DNA of 60,494 bases from a virus (lineage: Duplodnaviria > Caudoviricetes), in the IMG/VR virus record IMGVR_UViG_3300032331_000843, positions 1-60,494 of that record. One strand, 5' to 3'. Both the position numbers and the translations under genes were made by a program. Within the stretch, counting starts at the first letter, position 1. Each line of letters begins with the position of its first letter. The notes beneath the pieces are model-generated. The model made no database searches and was not told the DNA's origin. It worked only from the letters and a program-made list of their open reading frames with translations. Shown one piece after another: positions 56,206-60,494 of the stretch.

Positions 56206-57114
56206 TCATTTCCAATTACCTACCGGGGGGTCTTCCCCATCATCCAAACCCTTTTCCTTCCAGAAATCATCACTGGGGTACCCCTCTTCAGCTGGTAACG
56301 TTACCACCTCGTTTTTTTCCTCAGTAAAATCAACATCTTGCGAATCCGTATCCTTACACGGAACTGACTGAGTGGATTTAGAGTCGGATTGTTTGTGTGG
56401 AATACTATGTATAGCACTCCCCCCTACGGACGGGTCAATATCGGGGCCTACCCCCACGGTGGGGCCGCCAGGTTCGTGATCACTCGAGCCCGAAAACTCC
56501 TCGGAATTGTGCGGTGCGGTTAGTTCCTTGAGTAAGCTCTCGGCACTTCCCTCAGTGTTTACTTCTTTGCTCTCTACATCTATCACGGCTTTTAATTGAT
56601 TAAGCAAGCGGGCTTTTAATTCTCCGCTCTGATGTATGACAGTGGTTTCCTTCCGCTCCATGAAGACATCCACGCCCGCAACCTTCCCCAAAAGCTCCAA
56701 CGATTTGATGCGTTGGGCGGGATTGATATCCCCATCCAAGGCGTGTTGGGTAAGCTGATGGATTACAAGCCTCCTCAAGTCTGCGGGATTACGATAATCC
56801 TCCGCCTCTTTGGCTAGTCTATACGCCTCTATTTCCACTTGGATTCGGGTATCCTGTGCAAGACGACTAGCATTGTTGCCTACTGTCTTGGTGTTCCCCT
56901 CTGTGTTGTATGCCTCTCTATATGCATCTGCTTTAGTTTTACCGAGTGCAACATGGCGGGCGAATTGCTTTTGCTTGTGGGTGAGTTCCTTAGATTTGCC
57001 TACTCCGAGAAGAATCGTGTCCATTGGAATGCTATCTAATCCCTCTCTTATTTGCTTCCTAGATAAGCGAGGCAACTTCGGAAGATTAGCGGGCTTTTTG
57101 GTTTTCTCTGTCAT
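56206..57114 (-). CDS. terS: Terminase small subunit
   Basis: LTHKQKQFA..ADAYREAY..ASRL; KSLELLGK. Confidence 0.85.
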   Translation of the reverse strand: MTEKTKKPANLPKLPRLSRKQIREGLDSIPMDTILLGVGKSKELTHKQKQFARHVALGKTKADAYREAYNTEGNTKTVGNNASRLAQDTRIQVEIEAYRLAKEAEDYRNPADLRRLVIHQLTQHALDGDINPAQRIKSLELLGKVAGVDVFMERKETTVIHQSGELKARLLNQLKAVIDVESKEVNTEGSAESLLKELTAPHNSEEFSGSSDHEPGGPTVGVGPDIDPSVGGSAIHSIPHKQSDSKSTQSVPCKDTDSQDVDFTEEKNEVVTLPAEEGYPSDDFWKEKGLDDGEDPPVGNWK

Positions 57115-57396
57115 ATCTTTTATATGGGTATAAAACGGGAATATCTGAACAATACCAAAGAATCAACCGAACGCCAAAAATTGATTCTCATCACCTGGCG
57201 AGCTAACAAGTGGAAACGTTACCACCTAAACGAGTGTTTTACCCTCTGTTATCCCTCTACTGGATTAGTAAAAAGGCCACAGAATAAGCGGGCTTTTTTC
57301 ATCAACAATAACCCTCCAGATCAGTCAAGTATTTATATAATCTACAACTACAGAGCCTTATAAACAAAGGGATTGAATGAAATGTAAAATAAATAC

Positions 57397-57426
57397 TTGC
57401 ACAATTTAAAACTATTTGACTATAAT
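57397..57426 (+). promoter_or_regulatory. Early sigma70 promoter
   Basis: TTGCAC-N18-TATAAT with A/T-rich upstream sequence. Confidence 0.75.
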
Positions 57427-57454
57427 TAAAAGGCAACAACTAAACGGAGGATTT

Positions 57455-57679
57455 ATGCAACATTTACACAACTCAACGATTGAAGAATTGCACGAGCTAA
57501 CACGAGAGCAACTCATCACAATGTTAGTAAACCACGACCGAGACGGAGAGTATTCGGACGAGCAACGCACCGCATTGGGTGAGGACATTTTGAACCATCA
57601 AGAGGCTTTGAGCCTTGCAGTTTTCCACTTGAACGAAGTAATAGAGGGCGAAATTTTAAAAAACTTGGGAGGCAAATAA
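57455..57679 (+). CDS. Early hypothetical protein
   Basis: AACGGAGG RBS; TREQLI..DRDGEYSDE. Confidence 0.7.
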   Translation: MQHLHNSTIEELHELTREQLITMLVNHDRDGEYSDEQRTALGEDILNHQEALSLAVFHLNEVIEGEILKNLGGK

Positions 57680-58053
57680 TGGACGATTTAAAGATTAAAG
57701 AACGCAACATTAGGGAGGCTTTAGGGTCTTCCAAATTCGCAGTTGTTCACCCAACCAAAGGCGAGATATTTTTTAGCGGTTATCGCTTTGAGTGCAACGC
57801 TTTCATTTTGGGCTACAACATGAGCAAGAAGGAACAAGAGCAAAAGCAAGCTGAGCGGGATTTATGGACAAACTACGGCAAGCGTTTTGAAGTGATGGAG
57901 AAGGACAATCTCTTTTATGTTTACGACCACGCAACCCAAGTAATCTTGGAGGGCGAGTTATTCGCTAACGAGTTGGAGGCTCACGACTTGATGGAAGACT
58001 TCATTAAAGAAGAAAAAGAGCAAGAACAATACTTCAACCAATCAGGAAGATAA
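57679..58053 (+). CDS. Early hypothetical protein
   Basis: GGAGG RBS. Confidence 0.7.
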   Translation: MDDLKIKERNIREALGSSKFAVVHPTKGEIFFSGYRFECNAFILGYNMSKKEQEQKQAERDLWTNYGKRFEVMEKDNLFYVYDHATQVILEGELFANELEAHDLMEDFIKEEKEQEQYFNQSGR

Positions 58054-58057
58054 CCCC

Positions 58058-58219
58058 ATGAACACGAGAGCATTTTTAATCAACACTTACCTAGACTGGC
58101 GAAATAACTATTTAACCGTTGCCACATTTGCCGACCACAAAGAAATCACAGAAGAGCAAGCGAAGGCATTGATTGAACTCGCCCGCAATACTTTTAACAG
58201 TAACAACCCCCACCAATAA
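58058..58219 (+). CDS. 53-aa early protein (absent from the ORF track)
   Basis: YLDWRNNYLTVATFADH motif. Confidence 0.7.
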   Translation: MNTRAFLINTYLDWRNNYLTVATFADHKEITEEQAKALIELARNTFNSNNPHQ

Positions 58220-58232
58220 GGAAGAAAACAAA

Positions 58233-58559
58233 ATGAAAACGACCGTATATCTAAACGAATTCAGAGACTACTTCAACCAAGTCCGCCCTAATAACTTTTC
58301 TTATGAGGGCCTAGGCATTCTTTTTGAATACTTGGAGCAATACGAGGAAGACACGGGCGAAGAGTTGGAGCTTGATGTAATCGCCCTATGTTGCGATTTC
58401 AGTGAAGAGGACTTTACAGATATCGCCAAGAATTACGACATTGAGCTAGACGAAGAAGCGGACGAAGAAGACCAAATGCAAACCGTGGCGGACTATCTGA
58501 CAGACGAGGGAGCTTATATCGGTCAGACTGGAACGAGCATTATTTACCGTGTATTTTAA
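58233..58559 (+). CDS. Very acidic early protein (DNA-mimic candidate)
   Basis: NFSYEGLGILFEYLEQYEEDTGEELELDVIALCCDFSE; roughly a quarter D/E. Confidence 0.75.
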   Translation: MKTTVYLNEFRDYFNQVRPNNFSYEGLGILFEYLEQYEEDTGEELELDVIALCCDFSEEDFTDIAKNYDIELDEEADEEDQMQTVADYLTDEGAYIGQTGTSIIYRVF

Positions 58560-58571
58560 GGAGCTTAGACA

Positions 58572-58874
58572 ATGACTAATTACATGCACGAATTCCCCCG
58601 CTTTGATGACACCCTCCCAACCTTGGAGGGTTTTAATGATGCATCTTGGCACAATGACGCTTGCCCATCACTTGGCAAAGAGTTACCGAATGGCGATTTT
58701 ATTTGTATTTTTGTGGACTACAAGGACAAAGAACTAAGCGATTTTGCCGACCTTGAGGGCGAACGATACGCCCGCTTCAGAGTTGGCAATCATAAGGAGA
58801 ACGGAGAATATGAGGTTTTATTTCAGTCCAACGACTGGGCGGAGATTGAGGCATTTATTAAAAATTTATTTTAG
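58572..58874 (+). CDS. Early hypothetical protein
   Basis: DASWHNDACPS motif; AAGGAG RBS. Confidence 0.75.
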   Translation: MTNYMHEFPRFDDTLPTLEGFNDASWHNDACPSLGKELPNGDFICIFVDYKDKELSDFADLEGERYARFRVGNHKENGEYEVLFQSNDWAEIEAFIKNLF

Positions 58875-58923
58875 TCCGTCTGATGAGTTCTAAAGAGAAC
58901 GAAAACCCGCAAGGGTTCACGGA
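58875..58923 (+). ncRNA. Type I hammerhead ribozyme
   Basis: UCCGU CUGAUGA GUUCU-AAAG-AGAAC GAAA ACCC-GCAA-GGGU UC/ACGGA: complete core and three stems. Confidence 0.92.
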
Positions 58924-58944
58924 ATACAACCAACGGAGGAAATT

Positions 58945-59214
58945 ATGGAATACCCAATCGTTTTAACTGGTGATAGTCGCTCAATTTATGCGTGCGAATG
59001 GAATGGCGATATATACGAGATTCACACCCTTGAAAGCTTGCAGAAGGAATATGGCGAGACGAATCTTTTTGATACTGAACCTTCTTGGTTCTGCCCAAAT
59101 GCCCGAATCAATTTGACCTTTTTGGAAGTGATTGCAGAGCTAGAGGCGGGCGAGTATGACCGTATCACCAACGACAATATGACCATCACGATATTGAAAA
59201 GAGGTGAATTATGA
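58945..59214 (+). CDS. Early hypothetical protein
   Basis: AACGGAGG RBS. Confidence 0.7.
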   Translation: MEYPIVLTGDSRSIYACEWNGDIYEIHTLESLQKEYGETNLFDTEPSWFCPNARINLTFLEVIAELEAGEYDRITNDNMTITILKRGEL

Positions 59215-59399
59215 TTTTCCAATTTACTTTAAAACACGACCACGGCACGACAAAAGTCACACTCTACGGACACAACTCGGAGGAATCTGCCATCCAGTCA
59301 ATTATGAATCACGAGCGTTGCCCAAGGCGGGCGATTCTCAAAGTTGAAGACTTGACACCGACACCACGAACAACCGCAGAACAAACCCGCATCAGTTAA
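59211..59399 (+). CDS. Early hypothetical protein
   Basis: FTLKHDHG..ERCPRRAI. Confidence 0.7.
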   Translation: MIFQFTLKHDHGTTKVTLYGHNSEESAIQSIMNHERCPRRAILKVEDLTPTPRTTAEQTRIS

Positions 59400-59418
59400 A
59401 ACCTGAGCGGGTTTTTTA
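59383..59418 (+). terminator. Intrinsic terminator
   Basis: AAACCCGC..GCGGGTTTTTT. Confidence 0.75.
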
Positions 59419-59539
59419 TTGCCATCCCGCAAGGGAGGAGAGGACTTTTTGACACATTTTTTTAGGGCCGCCAGATCAGTTGGGCTCGAGTTCCGCTTTC
59501 CCGGGAGCTTGCCTGGAAGAGCTTTTGGAAAATTTCAGA

Positions 59540-59577
59540 CTAAAAGGGTCATGCTTGCCCTAAAAGGGTCATGCTTA
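59540..59577 (+). repeat. CTAAAAGGGTCATGCTT x2 (20-bp period); further copy at 1785-1800
   Basis: Exact matches read from the sequence. Confidence 0.85.
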
Positions 59578-59581
59578 TTTA

Positions 59582-59623
59582 TTTTACAATTGCTATTGTT
59601 TTTACAATTGTTATCGCTATAAT
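59582..59623 (+). promoter_or_regulatory. Second early promoter overlapped by TTTTACAATTGYTAT x2
   Basis: TATAAT 59618-59623; direct repeats across the -35 region. Confidence 0.6.
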
Positions 59624-59646
59624 GTAATTTACATACAGGAGGATAT

Positions 59647-59760
59647 ATGCGTTATGTATGCGGAGGCAGACTGTTTGACACGCTTGAGGAGGCGAAACAG
59701 TATGCTGATTTTATTCACAGAGTAAGTCGTTTAATTATAAGTATCACGGAGGAAGTATGA
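59647..59760 (+). CDS. 37-aa early protein
   Basis: FDTLEEAKQYA; AGGAGG RBS. Confidence 0.6.
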   Translation: MRYVCGGRLFDTLEEAKQYADFIHRVSRLIISITEEV

Positions 59761-59978
59761 AATTCAACTTAGTTATATATGTGCCTGATGAGGCTATTGA
59801 GCAAGCATCAAAAGAGTTTGAGATGCCTACTGATGAACTAATCAGCAAGATTGGTAACACTTGTTATTTAGGTCTTGATTGTATTAACGCCATGCTTGGT
59901 CGCCAGTATGAATTAGAGGCGGGCGACTGGTATGTCTCTTCCATTATGGGAGATGACGACACTGTTCACGCAGATTAA
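59757..59978 (+). CDS. Early hypothetical protein
   Basis: ACGGAGG RBS. Confidence 0.65.
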   Translation: MKFNLVIYVPDEAIEQASKEFEMPTDELISKIGNTCYLGLDCINAMLGRQYELEAGDWYVSSIMGDDDTVHAD

Positions 59979-59988
59979 CGGAGGAAAT

Positions 59989-60159
59989 ATGAATTACACA
60001 GAAAAAACTTGGGGTGAGTTATATGGTGACACTTACCCAACCGATAAAGAATTACCGATTGAGGTAATTGAACACCACGCACAAGCTCATGGCTTAATCG
60101 CAAGTGATGATTTGCTTATGTTTGCTCGTGCATTATGGACGGAGGGGAAATTGTCATGA
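59989..60159 (+). CDS. Early hypothetical protein
   Basis: TAACGGAGG RBS. Confidence 0.65.
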   Translation: MNYTEKTWGELYGDTYPTDKELPIEVIEHHAQAHGLIASDDLLMFARALWTEGKLS

Positions 60160-60413
60160 AAATATATCTAGCACAAGGCGAAAGCCGTAGTTTTGAATTC
60201 TCTGCCATTGGTTTGACTGAGGCAGAGGCAGAACACGCCATCATTGAAACATTCAAGGCCCATGCTCGGCACTATGCCCTACCCCTAGACTGGTGGAAGG
60301 AAAACGCAGACTTTTTCATTATGGAAATGGAGACGGGTCATTACTACCGAGACCGCTCTTTAATTAACCCGAAGTGGTATCACTCAGACGATCTGGAGGA
60401 ATCAAATGCCTAA
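60156..60413 (+). CDS. Early hypothetical protein
   Basis: ESRSFEFSAIG..EAEA; ACGGAGGG upstream. Confidence 0.65.
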   Translation: MKIYLAQGESRSFEFSAIGLTEAEAEHAIIETFKAHARHYALPLDWWKENADFFIMEMETGHYYRDRSLINPKWYHSDDLEESNA

Positions 60414-60494
60414 ATTTACTATTGAAATTCATGAGACACAAAACTGGACTTATTCCTATGATGTAGAGGCGAAGAGCAGTGAGGAGGCTCATCA

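Noticed and set aside
15729-57114. Stop-codon reassignment, inteins or tRNA genes
   Set aside because: Genes are full length under code 11 and all three stops are used; terL and the helicase are normal size; no cloverleaf found by eye.

Overview
A complete, circular, ~60.4-kb tailed dsDNA phage genome. Bases 1-123 are identical to 60372-60494. The virion is podovirus-like: no tape measure, but a P22-gp10-like tail hub and large ejection proteins. Layout: (i) small acidic early genes on + (57455-60494 then 1-1745); (ii) a leftward arm with an m5C methyltransferase, SF2 helicase, ParB-like protein and RusA (1798-9132); (iii) a rightward arm with an exonuclease, ERF, an SSB-like protein and many small genes (9247-15742); (iv) a long leftward late operon (57114 to 15729) with terS, terL, portal, GroES, scaffold, Mu-gpT-like capsid, small basic proteins, tail fibres, lysis genes and ejection proteins, including a 2291-aa polyvalent protein. 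I recognise no integrase, CI repressor, DNA polymerase, primase or replication initiator. The most unusual signals are non-coding or nested. (1) An RNA island at 7.9-8.8 kb, where a replication initiator would be expected: a ~200-nt pseudoknotted RNA with adjacent repeats, a C4-like antisense RNA, and an sRNA whose CCUCC loops match the ACGGAGG ribosome-binding sites of six phage genes. (2) An apparent anti-restriction suite: a methyltransferase with ~9 tandem TRD-like modules and a nested alternative-frame gene, plus a ~3-kb zone nearly free of common restriction sites, bracketed by two dense site clusters. (3) A hammerhead ribozyme among the early genes. (4) A shared peptide tag on a cluster of small basic late proteins. 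All calls come from reading the sequence by eye; no searches or folding programs were run.
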